This document shows positions 1 to 9,902 of a stretch of DNA of 64,000 bases, one piece after another (positions within the stretch are counted from its first letter, which is position 1; every line of letters starts with the position of its first letter). The notes beneath the pieces are model-generated. The model ran no database searches. It was given only the letters and a program-made list of their open reading frames with translations, and was not told where the DNA came from. The stretch lies in the NCBI GenBank assembly GCA_963555985.3, contig OY820591.1:96001-160000 (forward strand). Reading direction: 5' to 3'. The translations under genes and the position numbers were made by a program. This DNA comes from Dehalococcoidia bacterium. GTDB lineage: Bacteria; Chloroflexota; Dehalococcoidia; Bin125.

Positions 1-610
1 TCGCGCAGCCGCGAAACCCGAATGAGGCGGCGGCTTCAGCGTCGTCTGGATCGTCGTAGACCACGGGTAGGTCGAACGCCGCCGCGGTCAATACAGCTTG
101 CGCCGACGCCGCCGCGATCGTGGGGCTCGCGGGGTCGACGCCGAGCGTCTGCGCGAGCTCGACATGGTTGAACGCAACCCAAGTCATCCGGTCAGCCGAA
201 TCCCGCATCGCGCGCAGCGACTCGGCCATGATCACCAATGCGCGGGGGTGCTCGAAGCCAACCGCCATTGCGGTCAATCCCGGCCGAACCCCGGCGCGAA
301 CCTCCAGCTCTTCCAGCAGACTTTCCAGATAGCGCAGTTGATCCACGCTTTGCGGCGTCCGCGAGGCGACGCCGTACACGCCAGGCATGAGCAGCGATTG
401 GAGATACGTTTTGATCGAGCCCTCCTCCAGCGGCGGCAGCGCGATGTAGACGGGCGGACCCAGTTCGATTGCCGCTTTGACGTGATCGGCTGAGGCGTCG
501 AAGTCTTCAGGGTCGGGGACCAGCACGAGCGCGCCAGCGTCGGCGACTTCGTTCGCCTCGGGGAGCGGCTGGCCGGGGAGCAGAATCAGCGTGGCGCGGA
601 CATCGTCCAT
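1..610 (-). CDS. HpcH/HpaI aldolase / citrate lyase beta (CitE)-like protein, runs off the window edge
   Basis: Not in the ORF track; manual translation from ATG 610 gives MDDVRATLILLPG...QSVDQLRYLESLLEELEVRAGVRPG..GFEHPRAL..AFNHVELAQTLGV, a CitE-like pattern. Confidence 0.55.
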   Translation of the reverse strand, partial: MDDVRATLILLPGQPLPEANEVADAGALVLVPDPEDFDASADHVKAAIELGPPVYIALPPLEEGSIKTYLQSLLMPGVYGVASRTPQSVDQLRYLESLLEELEVRAGVRPGLTAMAVGFEHPRALVIMAESLRAMRDSADRMTWVAFNHVELAQTLGVDPASPTIAAASAQAVLTAAAFDLPVVYDDPDDAEAAASFGFRGCA

Positions 611-629
611 GACAGTTCCCGAGTACGCA

Positions 630-1931
630 TCAGTTCGGGCTGTAGCCGAGCGTGCGCTCGCGGAGCGCATCCTCATCGTCGAACGGCCCCACCACCGCCG
701 CCGCCAGATTACCCTCCCGCACGATCCGCTCGGCGACGCGCTGGATATCAGCGGCGCTGACCGACTCGTAACCGGCGATCGTCTCGTCGACCGGCTCGAT
801 GAAGCCGTTGCTGATCAGCATCCCGCCGGCGCGATGACACCAACTCGCAGCGGTATCGAGGCTGAGCCGGAACGAGCCGCAGACGTGCTCGCGCGCTCGC
901 GACAGTTCTTCGTCGCCGACCGGCTCGGCACGCAGCAGTTCGAGCTGTTCGAGCATGACCGTGGCGGTCTCGAGCACGTGCTCGGCGGTGACGCCGGCGG
1001 AGATGCCCAGATGACCGGTGTCGTCAAAGGCGGCGGCGTGCGATCCGACCGAGTAGGCGAGACCGCGGCGCTCGCGGATTTCGAGGAACAGGCGCGAGCT
1101 CATCCCGCCGCCCAGCACCTCATCAAGCAGGCGGAAGGCGTAGCGGTCGGGATCCAGTCGCGGCATCGCCCTCAGCGCGAGCATCAGATTGCACTGCTCG
1201 ATCTCTCGCTGCTCAATCCGCACCGGATCAGCGTCCATCGCGTCCGCCGCCAGCGTACGTGCCGGCGTGCCGGCTGGCGCGGCGTCGCCCCAGTGACGTT
1301 CCGCGAGCTCTAGGACTTCTTCACGAGTGACATTGCCGGCGACGGACAGCACCGTGTTGCTGGGCTGATACCAGGTTGCAATATGGGCGGCGAGGTCGTC
1401 GCGCGTGATCGCGCCGACCGATTCCAGGTCGCCCGCGATCTCCCAGCCCAGCGGCTGCGCGCCATAGGCGGCCTGAGTGATCAGCTGTCCGGCGCGCTGT
1501 TGAGGCTGATCGTGCGCGCGCCGGATCTCGGAGCAGATCACGGTGCGTTCGCGCTCGATCTCAGATTCGGCCAGGGTGGAGTGCTGCACCGAGTCGGCGA
1601 GCACATCCATCGCCAGCGCGAGACGGTCATAGGGAACGCGGTTCCAGTAGGCGGTGAGTTCGCGCGAGGTGAAGGCGTTGAGCGATCCGCCCGCGCCCTC
1701 GATCGCGGCGGAGATGGCGGTTGGCTCCGGCCGTCGCTCGGTGCCTTTGAACAGCATGTGCTCGAGGTAGTGGGAGAGCCCCAGCGTGTCGCGCGCCTCA
1801 TCGCGCGAGCCGACGCCGACATACGCGGCGAGCGTGGCCGCCTGCGAGTGGGGCAGCGAGGTGGTGGCCACACGCAGCCCGTTGGCGAGCGTGTCGACGC
1901 TGGTCAGAGTGGTAGGGGCGGTGGAAGTCAT
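630..1931 (-). CDS. M16 family (pitrilysin-like) zinc peptidase
   Basis: Inverted zinc motif HYLEH in GLSHYLEHMLFKGT; LNAFTS; LGGGMSSRLF-EIRERRGLAYSV. Confidence 0.93.
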   Translation of the reverse strand: MTSTAPTTLTSVDTLANGLRVATTSLPHSQAATLAAYVGVGSRDEARDTLGLSHYLEHMLFKGTERRPEPTAISAAIEGAGGSLNAFTSRELTAYWNRVPYDRLALAMDVLADSVQHSTLAESEIERERTVICSEIRRAHDQPQQRAGQLITQAAYGAQPLGWEIAGDLESVGAITRDDLAAHIATWYQPSNTVLSVAGNVTREEVLELAERHWGDAAPAGTPARTLAADAMDADPVRIEQREIEQCNLMLALRAMPRLDPDRYAFRLLDEVLGGGMSSRLFLEIRERRGLAYSVGSHAAAFDDTGHLGISAGVTAEHVLETATVMLEQLELLRAEPVGDEELSRAREHVCGSFRLSLDTAASWCHRAGGMLISNGFIEPVDETIAGYESVSAADIQRVAERIVREGNLAAAVVGPFDDEDALRERTLGYSPN

Positions 1932-1967
1932 GTGCGCGGAGTATACGGGCGCTTGGGTTCGGGAGCC

Positions 1968-2993
1968 TTACCCGCCCTCGGCCAGGGCGGCGATGTCCTG
2001 CGCGGTTGCCAGCGCGAGGTCGGTGCAGGGCAGCACGACATTGTCCCCACCGTGCGTGGTACCCATCACCTGCCGGCAGCGAGCGGATTGTCCGGCGCGC
2101 AGGAGCAGCCGATAGAACGCAATCCCCTCGTCGCGCAGCGGATCGCACTCATTGACCGAAATGATGGTGTAGGGAAAGCCCTGGACGTGTTCCTCGTTAG
2201 CGAACAGCGGCCAGGCCTCGGGATCCTCGGCCTCAAATGCCTCCATGCCGTAGCCGAGCGCGCCGAAGTTGCTGTGCAAGTCAAGCAGCAGACCGTTGTT
2301 CTCGGTCGAGGAGGGCAGGTCGTCACGAGGCCAACTGCCGGCGATGTAGGGGCACATCGAGTAGAGGCCTTGGATCAGGCCGGCGTCGCCCTCACGAGTG
2401 AGGCGCAGCCCCACCGCAAGCGTCAGATTGCCACCGCCGCTCTCGCCCGCGACCGCGATCCGGCCCGCGTCGATGCCGAACTCGTCCGCCTGCGAGATCA
2501 ACCAGCGCAGGCCCGACACGCAGTCGTTGAGGCCGGCCGGGAACGGCTCGATCTCCGGCGCCGACGACGGCGTCACGCAGTTGCGGAAGTCGACCATTGC
2601 CACGGCGACGCCCTGATGGGCGATCATCCGGCCCCAGGCCTGGTACATCACGTCGAAACAGGACGCAAACGCCATCCCGCCGCCGTGGATGTAGTAGACG
2701 CAGGGCAGCGGCGCATCGGACTCAGGCCGGATCAGCAACAGCTTGATCGAGTTGCCGTCAGGCTCCGAGACGAACGACTCGGTCGTGATCGTCAGTCCGG
2801 CTGAGGGCGCAACCGCCTGAGCCGCTTCCTCGCTGAAGAAGTCGAGGTTCATCGCCTCCAGCGCCTCCGGCGTGTTCATCGCCGCTACCAGCGCTTCGCG
2901 GGTGTCGAAGTTGGGCAAGGGGAAGTTTGGCATATCGCCGAACGCCTCCTTGATTCGCGGGTCGATGCGTGGGTCTTCACTGATCAGGCTCAT
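1968..2993 (-). CDS. Alpha/beta hydrolase, HSL-type esterase/lipase
   Basis: HGGG oxyanion motif, GESGG nucleophile, DPLRDEG; start moved to MSLISED because the upstream extension is a repeat element. Confidence 0.88.
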   Translation of the reverse strand: MSLISEDPRIDPRIKEAFGDMPNFPLPNFDTREALVAAMNTPEALEAMNLDFFSEEAAQAVAPSAGLTITTESFVSEPDGNSIKLLLIRPESDAPLPCVYYIHGGGMAFASCFDVMYQAWGRMIAHQGVAVAMVDFRNCVTPSSAPEIEPFPAGLNDCVSGLRWLISQADEFGIDAGRIAVAGESGGGNLTLAVGLRLTREGDAGLIQGLYSMCPYIAGSWPRDDLPSSTENNGLLLDLHSNFGALGYGMEAFEAEDPEAWPLFANEEHVQGFPYTIISVNECDPLRDEGIAFYRLLLRAGQSARCRQVMGTTHGGDNVVLPCTDLALATAQDIAALAEGG

Positions 2994-3014
2994 GTCGTTC
3001 TCCTGGAATTCCTC

Positions 3015-3063
3015 TTCTCCCCCCGCATCGCGGGGGGAGATGTCACGAAGTGACAGAGGGGGG
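3015..3063 (+). repeat. REP-like palindrome, family B
   Basis: TCTCCCCCCGC-ATC-GCGGGGGGAGA followed by TGTCAC-GAA-GTGACAGAGGGGGG. Confidence 0.8.
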
Positions 3064-3106
3064 TCCGGTTTCGTCCGCGTGCGTGCAAGCCTTCCACCAA
3101 CAGCAA

Positions 3107-3898
3107 TCAACCATACGCCTCCGACAGCAGCTCTTCGAGGATCGCGTTGAACTCCGCCGGCAGTTCCCAGTAGACCGAGTGGCCGCCGGTCGGCACTTCA
3201 ACGTATCGAGCCTCCGGCACCATCGCCGCCGCTCGCTCAATCACGGCGGCGGGGATGATCGCGTCCTCCTCCCCGGCGAGGAAGACGACCGGCATCGTCA
3301 GCGCCGAAAGCTCCTCGACTGCGATCGCGCCGTCCTCAACGCCGAAGCTGAGCGGACGATCCAAATCGAGCGGCGGATTCAGCGCCCGAATCTGGTTGTA
3401 GAGGAAGACGCCCGTGGGCGAGCGCTCCAGGTAGGCCGGGCCGACCATCCGCGTCATCCCGCCCAGGCGAGCATTCTCGGCGGCGGCTGCGGTGGCGGTG
3501 CGCATGTCGTCAAGCAGCCCCTGGTCGGCGATCCCGAGCATCGTGTCGGCCATCAGCAGGGCGGTCACGCGCTCGGGATTGCGTGCGGCGTAGGGCAGGA
3601 TCGAGAACCCGCCCATCGACTGCCCAACGAGTGCGGCTCGTTCGATCTCCAGCTGATCCATCAGCTCACCCAGGTCGCGTGCGAACGCAGTGCGGCCCTC
3701 GCCGGACAGATCCTGGCTCTGTCCCCAGCCGCGAACCTCGTAGGTGACGCAGCGGAAGCGGTCGCTGAACTGGGGAATCTGGTTCCACCAGCTGAGATGA
3801 TTCCCGCCCGCGCCGTGGACGAAGACGATCGTGTCCGGCCCTTCGCCGAACTCGTCGTAGATCAGCGACGCACCGCTGACGTTGAGGGTCTGAGGCAT
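3107..3898 (-). CDS. Alpha/beta hydrolase
   Basis: VFVHGAGG, GQSMGG, GEEDAI, GGHS triad; start MPQTLN. Confidence 0.88.
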   Translation of the reverse strand: MPQTLNVSGASLIYDEFGEGPDTIVFVHGAGGNHLSWWNQIPQFSDRFRCVTYEVRGWGQSQDLSGEGRTAFARDLGELMDQLEIERAALVGQSMGGFSILPYAARNPERVTALLMADTMLGIADQGLLDDMRTATAAAAENARLGGMTRMVGPAYLERSPTGVFLYNQIRALNPPLDLDRPLSFGVEDGAIAVEELSALTMPVVFLAGEEDAIIPAAVIERAAAMVPEARYVEVPTGGHSVYWELPAEFNAILEELLSEAYG

Positions 3899-4027
3899 GG
3901 GGAGCACTCCCTTCCTGCATGAGGGTCTGGCAAAGGCTAAAGCCTGACGTGGAGACGCGGTTCTGTACTCTCGAAATGCGAGACCACGGCGATCTTGGCG
4001 ATCGCCATCGCTCCGGACGCCAACAGC

Positions 4028-4774
4028 ATGACGACCTCGACCCGGACACATATCGGCAGCCTGGAACCCGTCATCGCGACGATGGTCGACCGCCTCGTGT
4101 CCGAGTTTCGGCCCAAGCGCATCATCCTCTTCGGCTCGCGCGCCCGTGGTGACGCCCGTGCAGGGAGCGATGTGGACTTGCTCGTCGTCGTGCCCGATCT
4201 GACCGACACCAACGAAGCTGCGCTCCAGATGCGAAGCTGCTTGAGCGGCCTGTCCGTCGCCAAAGACATCTTGGTCACCACGCCAGCAGAGATCGCATAC
4301 CGTGGTCATGTCACGGGCAGCGTCCTCCACGCGGCGCTCCGCGAGGGACGGGTCGTGCATGATGGCGACGGCGTGATCGAAACCGAAGCGTTGCAATGGC
4401 TGGAGATTGCCGAGGAAGACCTAGAGGTCGTCCGTTGGGCGCTCTCGAGTGAGCCGCCTCGACTCCGCTCCGCCTGCTACCACGCGCAGCAGGCTGCCGA
4501 GAAAGCCTTGAAGGCGGCGCTCGTGTTCGAGGCAGTCGAGATCCCCTACACCCACGACCTGACGGAGCTGCGTGGTCTCCTGCCCGAAGGCTGGCCGCTG
4601 CAAACTCCGAGCGCCGACCTCAAACTCCTCACTGGATGGGCTGCCGGAGCGAGATATCCCGGCAGTGCGACAGCGCCAAGCGCTGAGGACGCCGCCGCTG
4701 CGGGGGCGGCCGCGGAGTCGGTCTACGATGACATCACCGCTGGATTTGAGCGCCGCGGCGTGCTCGCCGACTGA
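4028..4774 (+). CDS. Fused minimal nucleotidyltransferase (MNT)-HEPN protein
   Basis: N-terminal LFGSRARG..SDVDLLVV; C-terminal ACYHAQQAAEKALKA, THDL, ARYP. Confidence 0.85.
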   Translation: MTTSTRTHIGSLEPVIATMVDRLVSEFRPKRIILFGSRARGDARAGSDVDLLVVVPDLTDTNEAALQMRSCLSGLSVAKDILVTTPAEIAYRGHVTGSVLHAALREGRVVHDGDGVIETEALQWLEIAEEDLEVVRWALSSEPPRLRSACYHAQQAAEKALKAALVFEAVEIPYTHDLTELRGLLPEGWPLQTPSADLKLLTGWAAGARYPGSATAPSAEDAAAAGAAAESVYDDITAGFERRGVLAD

Positions 4775-4828
4775 ATGAACATCCGGCGCACCGCCTACCC
4801 TGCGACCGCACCGGATCGGAGTTGTCCC

Positions 4829-5917
4829 ATGACCACTGAGACTCAACCAGCATTCGCATACGCGGACACCGACTGGCCAATCCGCGAGACGACGATTGCC
4901 GCGCACCGCATGAGTTGGGATGTGATTGCCCGCCCGGGTCGTTGGTGGAGCGGAGCCGAGCGGGTGGCGATCGCAGCTGTCACTCGAGCGGCGGCGGAGT
5001 ATCAGCCCGCGCCGGGGGGCACGCCGCTGCCGGAGGCGGCGATTCACGCGATCCAGAAGCTGGTCGTTGATAACGCCAATCTCTCGCGGGAGTGGTACGA
5101 GGAGATGATCGCGCAGCCCGGAATGTCGGACGCGCGCTATGTGGAGTTGGTGGCGGTGGTGGTGCACGCGCTCTCGATCGACGAGTTTCACCGGGGCCTC
5201 AGTTTGCCCCTGGAGCCGCTGCCGGAGCCGATCGCGGGCGAGCCGTCGCAGATTCGCCCCGAGCTGGCGGAGCAGCGCGACTCCTGGCCGCCGCTGGTGC
5301 CTCGCGGCGGACTCAACCCGAGCGATGCGATGCTCTACGGCCCCTGGGAGTGGGGCGCGAACGTGATCTCGGCGCTCTCGCTGGTGCCTGAGAACGTGCG
5401 CTGGCTGCACGATCTCTCGGAGGGGCACTACCTCAGCTTTGCCGAGATGCGAATGCCCGATCCGCTGCGGGCGATCTCGCGTGCGCAGATTGAGTTGATC
5501 GCGGCGCGGGTCTCGGCGCTCAACGAGTGTTTCTATTGAACAACCTCTCATGTGCGGATGCTCCGTGAGAGCAGCCCCAACAACTCGGCCCTGAACATCC
5601 AGGCCACAGTCGATCCGGACGAGGACAGCGGCGTCGCCGAGGGCGAGCTGATGATCGCGTTCGCCGAAGCTGCGGTGCAACGGCGCGAGAACTTGCCAGC
5701 CGTGCGCGATCAGATCGCAAACCGGTTGGGCGCGCAGGCGGCGGTCGACGCGGCCGGCGTGGTGGCGAATTTCCAGCGCATGGTGCGGATCGCGGACGGC
5801 TGTGGGATTCCGCTGGACGAATTCACCGAGCGCGCCTCCGACGACTGGCGCGGTCAGCTCGGGATTCACGAGTACGCTTCGGCGTCGAACTCGCCGTCGG
5901 CGGTGCTGACGGATTAA
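4829..5917 (+). CDS. AhpD/CMD-like selenoprotein (CFYU; Sec codon 5537-5539)
   Basis: ORFs 4775-5539 and 5552-5917 are in frame, separated only by TGA, reading ELIAARVSALNEC-F-Y-U-TTSH; hairpin follows. Confidence 0.85.
5559..5573 (+). promoter_or_regulatory. Putative bacterial SECIS hairpin
   Basis: TGCTC-CGTGA-GAGCA; loop starts 25 nt after the UGA. Confidence 0.65.
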
Positions 5918-5936
5918 CCGAGTTGAGGAGTCTGCG

Positions 5937-7025
5937 ATGACCACCACTACCGCCCCCTTCGCCTACGCGAACACGACTTGGCCCGTGCTTGATCGGATGG
6001 CTGAGGCGCACCGTCGCAGTTGGCAGATGCTGGCGTCGCCGGGCGACTGGTGGACGGGCGCGGAGCGGGTCTCGATTGCAGCTGAGAGCCGGCGCGCCTC
6101 GGCATTGGTAGACGGCTTGCCCGATCCTGGACCGGGACCGGCCGAACTGCCCGAGGCGGCGGCGTTCGCGGCGCATAAGCTGATCGGCGACCTGCCCAAC
6201 GTCTCGCATGAGTGGTACGAGGAGACCACGACCGCCGAGGGGATGTCGGACGCGCACTACATCGAGCTGCTGGGCGTGGTCGTGCACGTCTGGTCGGTAG
6301 ACGAGTTTCACCGCGCGCTCTCGCTGCCGCTGGAACCGTTGCCCGAACCGATCGGAGGCGAACCCACGCGGATTCGGCCAACGGGCGCGAAACAGCACGG
6401 CAGTTGGTCGCCGACCGTCCGGCCCGAAGACCTGGGCGAGCGCGAAGCGGACATCTACGGCGGGGCCGAATACGCCGCCAACGTGCGCGCGGCCATGAGC
6501 CTGCACCCCGACAGCGTGCGCTGGCTGGCCGATCTGTTCGACGCGCACTATCTGAGTTGGATCGAGATCGCCGGCGAGCAGGAGTCGTTCCGCATACTGA
6601 CCCGTCCGCAGCGAGAGTTGGTGGCGGCGAGAGTATCGGCGCTGAACGAATGCTTCTATTGAACGATCTCGCACGTGATGCTGCTCGGTCGGAGCAGCGA
6701 AGGTAACGACGCATTAAACCTGAACGGTACGGTGCGGAACGATATTGATAGCGGCGTCGAACACGGCGAAGTACTGCTTCGCTATTCCGACGCAGCGGTG
6801 GCTCACACATCCGATCTGGCGGCTGCGCGCAATGCGCTGAACGCGGCGATGGGGCCGGACGCAGTCGTGGATTGCGCCGCCACCATCGCCAATTTCCAGC
6901 GCATGGTGCGGATCGCGGACGGCTGCGGCATTCCTCTCGATTCATTCTCCCGCCGCGAGTCGGAGAAGTGGCGAGACGGTCTGGGGATCGACGGCTTCCG
7001 CAGTCGCGGGAACACGTTCGGCTGA
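5937..7025 (+). CDS. AhpD/CMD-like selenoprotein paralog (CFYU; Sec codon 6660-6662)
   Basis: ORFs 5937-6662 and 6675-7025 are in frame across TGA (NECFY-U-TISH); homologous to the upstream gene on both sides of the UGA. Confidence 0.85.
6680..6698 (+). promoter_or_regulatory. Putative bacterial SECIS hairpin
   Basis: GCTGCTC-GGTCG-GAGCAGC; loop starts 25 nt after the UGA, same register as in the paralog. Confidence 0.7.
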
Positions 7026-7351
7026 GGAGGTTTTGGGCCGGCGAGCGTGCGAGTTGATCTGGTTTGCCGCTCGCTCTATCGTTGAGCCTTGAGCACCCAG
7101 CTCTGGGTCGCCAAATGTTCGGAGTTGAGCCCACTCTCGGCCTTCGACGTATTCCGGCAGTCCAGTCCCGGTCACCACACCTTCGGTGGTCGGAGCGCCA
7201 CCGAAACCAGGACCGGCGCGTTGGATCGCTCGATGCAGCGCCGAACCACGGGACCTCGCTTGGCTCCATACGAACGTGGCGTCTTACCGCTGGGGAATTC
7301 TCTGGACGCCCCCACTCACTGCGAGCGGGGGCGTCCGGCTGATTGGCGATC

Positions 7352-8005
7352 ATGTCACAACGGGTTTCGTTGTTCATCGACTACCAGAACGCATACGGCC
7401 AAGCACGCGACCTGTTCCACCAGCCGGATGACGATCCCACCTGCGGGCAGTTTCGCCCCTGGGCGCTTGGCGAATTCGTCTGCGGCCAGTACAACGAGCG
7501 ACATCCTGGGGAACCGCCCCTGGAGCTGAATGAAGTGCGGCTCTATCGGGGAGAGCCCGTGCGGCGAATGAGCCAGGTTGCATATGACGCCTTTCAACGC
7601 CAGCGCGCTGCCTGGGAGCAGGCGGGCGTGCAAGTCTTCTCAGCACCATTGCAGTATGACCAGCATGGCGAACCGCAGGCTGAGAAAGAGATCGACGTAC
7701 AACTCGCGATTGACTTCGTCATTGGCGCGGTCGAGCGGACATACGATGTTGGCGTGCTCTTCTCATTCGATCGCGATCTGCTACCGGCACTGCGATACGT
7801 TCGTGCGCAGCAGGCAAGCCACTGCCGGGCCGACGTTGCCGGCTGGGGCGGGATCAGAGACGGTAGATACTTGAGTCCGCCTGGTCAACGCCCTGTTCGT
7901 CATCTGGTTGGCAAGTCGGATTATCAGCGTCTGGCGGACGCCACCGACTATACGAAGCGAAGCTCGAACTATCGCCGAGCTCGACGACAGCGCCGCCGCC
8001 GCTGA
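7352..8005 (+). CDS. NYN domain (PIN-like, LabA/DUF88) putative RNase
   Basis: FIDYQN, EKEIDVQLAID, LFSFDRDLLP acidic motifs. Confidence 0.85.
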   Translation: MSQRVSLFIDYQNAYGQARDLFHQPDDDPTCGQFRPWALGEFVCGQYNERHPGEPPLELNEVRLYRGEPVRRMSQVAYDAFQRQRAAWEQAGVQVFSAPLQYDQHGEPQAEKEIDVQLAIDFVIGAVERTYDVGVLFSFDRDLLPALRYVRAQQASHCRADVAGWGGIRDGRYLSPPGQRPVRHLVGKSDYQRLADATDYTKRSSNYRRARRQRRRR

Positions 8006-8009
8006 CCAC

Positions 8010-8498
8010 CTATTTCACCGTCCCCAACACTCGCACCACCTCGATCGCGGCCTGCGCAGCTTCTTCGCCTTTGTTGCCGGCTTCGCCTCCGGCTCTGGCG
8101 AGGGCGAGGGCGACGGTTTGGGTGGCGAGGACTTCGAAGATGATGGGGACGCCGGTGTCGAGGCCGACTCGGGCGATGCCTTGAGTGGCTCCGTCTACGA
8201 CGAGGCGGTAGTGGTCGGTTTCGCCCTCGATCACGGCGCCCAGGCAGATGACGGCGTCGAAGCGTCCGGTTTGGGCGCACTTCTGGGCGACCAGCGGAAT
8301 CTCGAACGCTCCGGGCACCCAGTAGACGTCGATTGCATCCGAGTCTGCGCCGCTGGCTTCGAGGTGATCGAGGCAGCCGTCCAGCAGTTTGCCGGTGACG
8401 AAGTCGTTGAAGCGGGAGACGACGATGGCGAAGCTGAGGCCGGCGGCGGGGCCGCGTTCGGGGTCGGGCGGGAGTGCGCCGTCGTGGATGCGGACCAT
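8010..8498 (-). CDS. ribH: 6,7-dimethyl-8-ribityllumazine synthase
   Basis: VSRFN, VPGAFEIP, LGAVIEGETDH, GNKGEEAA. Confidence 0.95.
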   Translation of the reverse strand: MVRIHDGALPPDPERGPAAGLSFAIVVSRFNDFVTGKLLDGCLDHLEASGADSDAIDVYWVPGAFEIPLVAQKCAQTGRFDAVICLGAVIEGETDHYRLVVDGATQGIARVGLDTGVPIIFEVLATQTVALALARAGGEAGNKGEEAAQAAIEVVRVLGTVK

Positions 8499-8507
8499 GG
8501 GCGGCTC

Positions 8508-9902
8508 CTAGCCGATGGCGGCTCGGCGCGGAGGACGGGGCGGTTCGTCGTCGGCCGGTTCGGTCGAGCGAATGTCGTCGGCGTCGAGCATGTGCCCCAT
8601 CTTCTCGTGTTTGACCGAGAGATAGCGCACGTTGTGGGGGTTGGCGCTGGCGATCACGGGCACGCGCTCGACGATTTCGAGGCCGTAACCGGCGAGACCG
8701 TGGCGCTTGGCCGGGTTGTTGGTCATCAGGCGGATGCGGGAGACGCCGAGGTCGCGCAGAATCTGCATCCCGATTCCGTAGTCACGGCGGTCGGGGGCAA
8801 AGCCGAGCGCGAGATTGGCTTCGACCGTATCCATGCCCTGATCCTGGAGCGCGTAGGCGGCGATCTTGTTGTGCAGACCGATCCCGCGGCCCTCCTGAGC
8901 CATGTAGACGATCACGCCGCGGCGCTCTTCGGCGACCATGCGCATAGCCAAGTCCAACTGCTCGCCGCAGTCGCAGCGCTGGGAGCCGAAGACGTCGCCG
9001 GTGAGGCATTGCGAGTGGACGCGGACGAGGGTGGGATGTTCGCCGTTGACGTGACCCATCACCATCGCTACGTGCTCTTCGGCGTGGTCCGAGGTGCGGT
9101 AGCCGATCAGCCGCCAGGTGCCGTGCGCGGTCGGCAGCTTGGCCTCGGAGACGCGCTCGACCAGCTGCTCGGTGCGCAGGCGATACTGGATGATCTGCTC
9201 AACCGAGACAATCTTGAGCTTGTGGCGCTTGGAGAAGCGAACGAGCTCAGGCAAGCGCGCCATCGTGCCGTCGCGCTTCATGATCTCGCAGATCACCGCA
9301 CCCGGCTGGAGTCCGGCCAGACGGCAGAGATCGACCGAAGCCTCGGTCTGGCCGGCGCGGACGAGCACGCCGCCGTCGCGGGCGCGGAGCGGGAACATAT
9401 GCCCCGGCCGCACGAGGTCGTCGGGGCCGGAGTTGAGATCCATCAAGACTTGAATCGTGCGGGCGCGGTCGTGGGCGGAGATGCCGGTGGTGACGCCGGT
9501 GCGAGCTTCGACGCTGACCGTGAAGGCGGTGCCGAGCGGCGCCGTGTTCTGTCCGACCATCGGGTAGAGGCTGAGTTGATCGAGCCGATCGCCGTCCATG
9601 GGTACGCAGATCAGTCCGCGCGCGTGGGTGGCCATGAAGTTGATCGTGTCGGCGGTCACGAACTGGGCGGGCAGCGCGAGATCGCCCTCGTTCTCGCGAT
9701 CCTCGTCGTCCGTGATGATCAGCATTTCGCCCTGGGCGAAAGCCTCGATCGCCTCTTCGACGGTGCAGAAGGGAGACTGCCTGCGCTTGGACGCGCGGCG
9801 CTTGGCGGGCTTGCGCCGCGCGCGCGGCTGCTTCGCCGCCGCTTCCCGGCCGGCGCTCTCATTGGCGGGAGCGGATTCAGGGACGGACTCGGCCTCAGTC
9901 AT
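8508..9902 (-). CDS. ribBA: Bifunctional DHBP synthase / GTP cyclohydrolase II
   Basis: DDEDRENEGD, RAGQTEA, RVHSQCLTGDVFGSQRCDCG, QEGRGIGL, TNNP; alternative start at 9941. Confidence 0.95.
   Translation of the reverse strand: MTEAESVPESAPANESAGREAAAKQPRARRKPAKRRASKRRQSPFCTVEEAIEAFAQGEMLIITDDEDRENEGDLALPAQFVTADTINFMATHARGLICVPMDGDRLDQLSLYPMVGQNTAPLGTAFTVSVEARTGVTTGISAHDRARTIQVLMDLNSGPDDLVRPGHMFPLRARDGGVLVRAGQTEASVDLCRLAGLQPGAVICEIMKRDGTMARLPELVRFSKRHKLKIVSVEQIIQYRLRTEQLVERVSEAKLPTAHGTWRLIGYRTSDHAEEHVAMVMGHVNGEHPTLVRVHSQCLTGDVFGSQRCDCGEQLDLAMRMVAEERRGVIVYMAQEGRGIGLHNKIAAYALQDQGMDTVEANLALGFAPDRRDYGIGMQILRDLGVSRIRLMTNNPAKRHGLAGYGLEIVERVPVIASANPHNVRYLSVKHEKMGHMLDADDIRSTEPADDEPPRPPRRAAIG

Noticed and set aside
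5552-5917. Independent small genes or nonsense pseudogenes (also 6675-7025 and 49682-50368)
   Set aside because: The UGA falls at a catalytic Cys position with a SECIS-like hairpin and is conserved in paralogs; read-through explains it better
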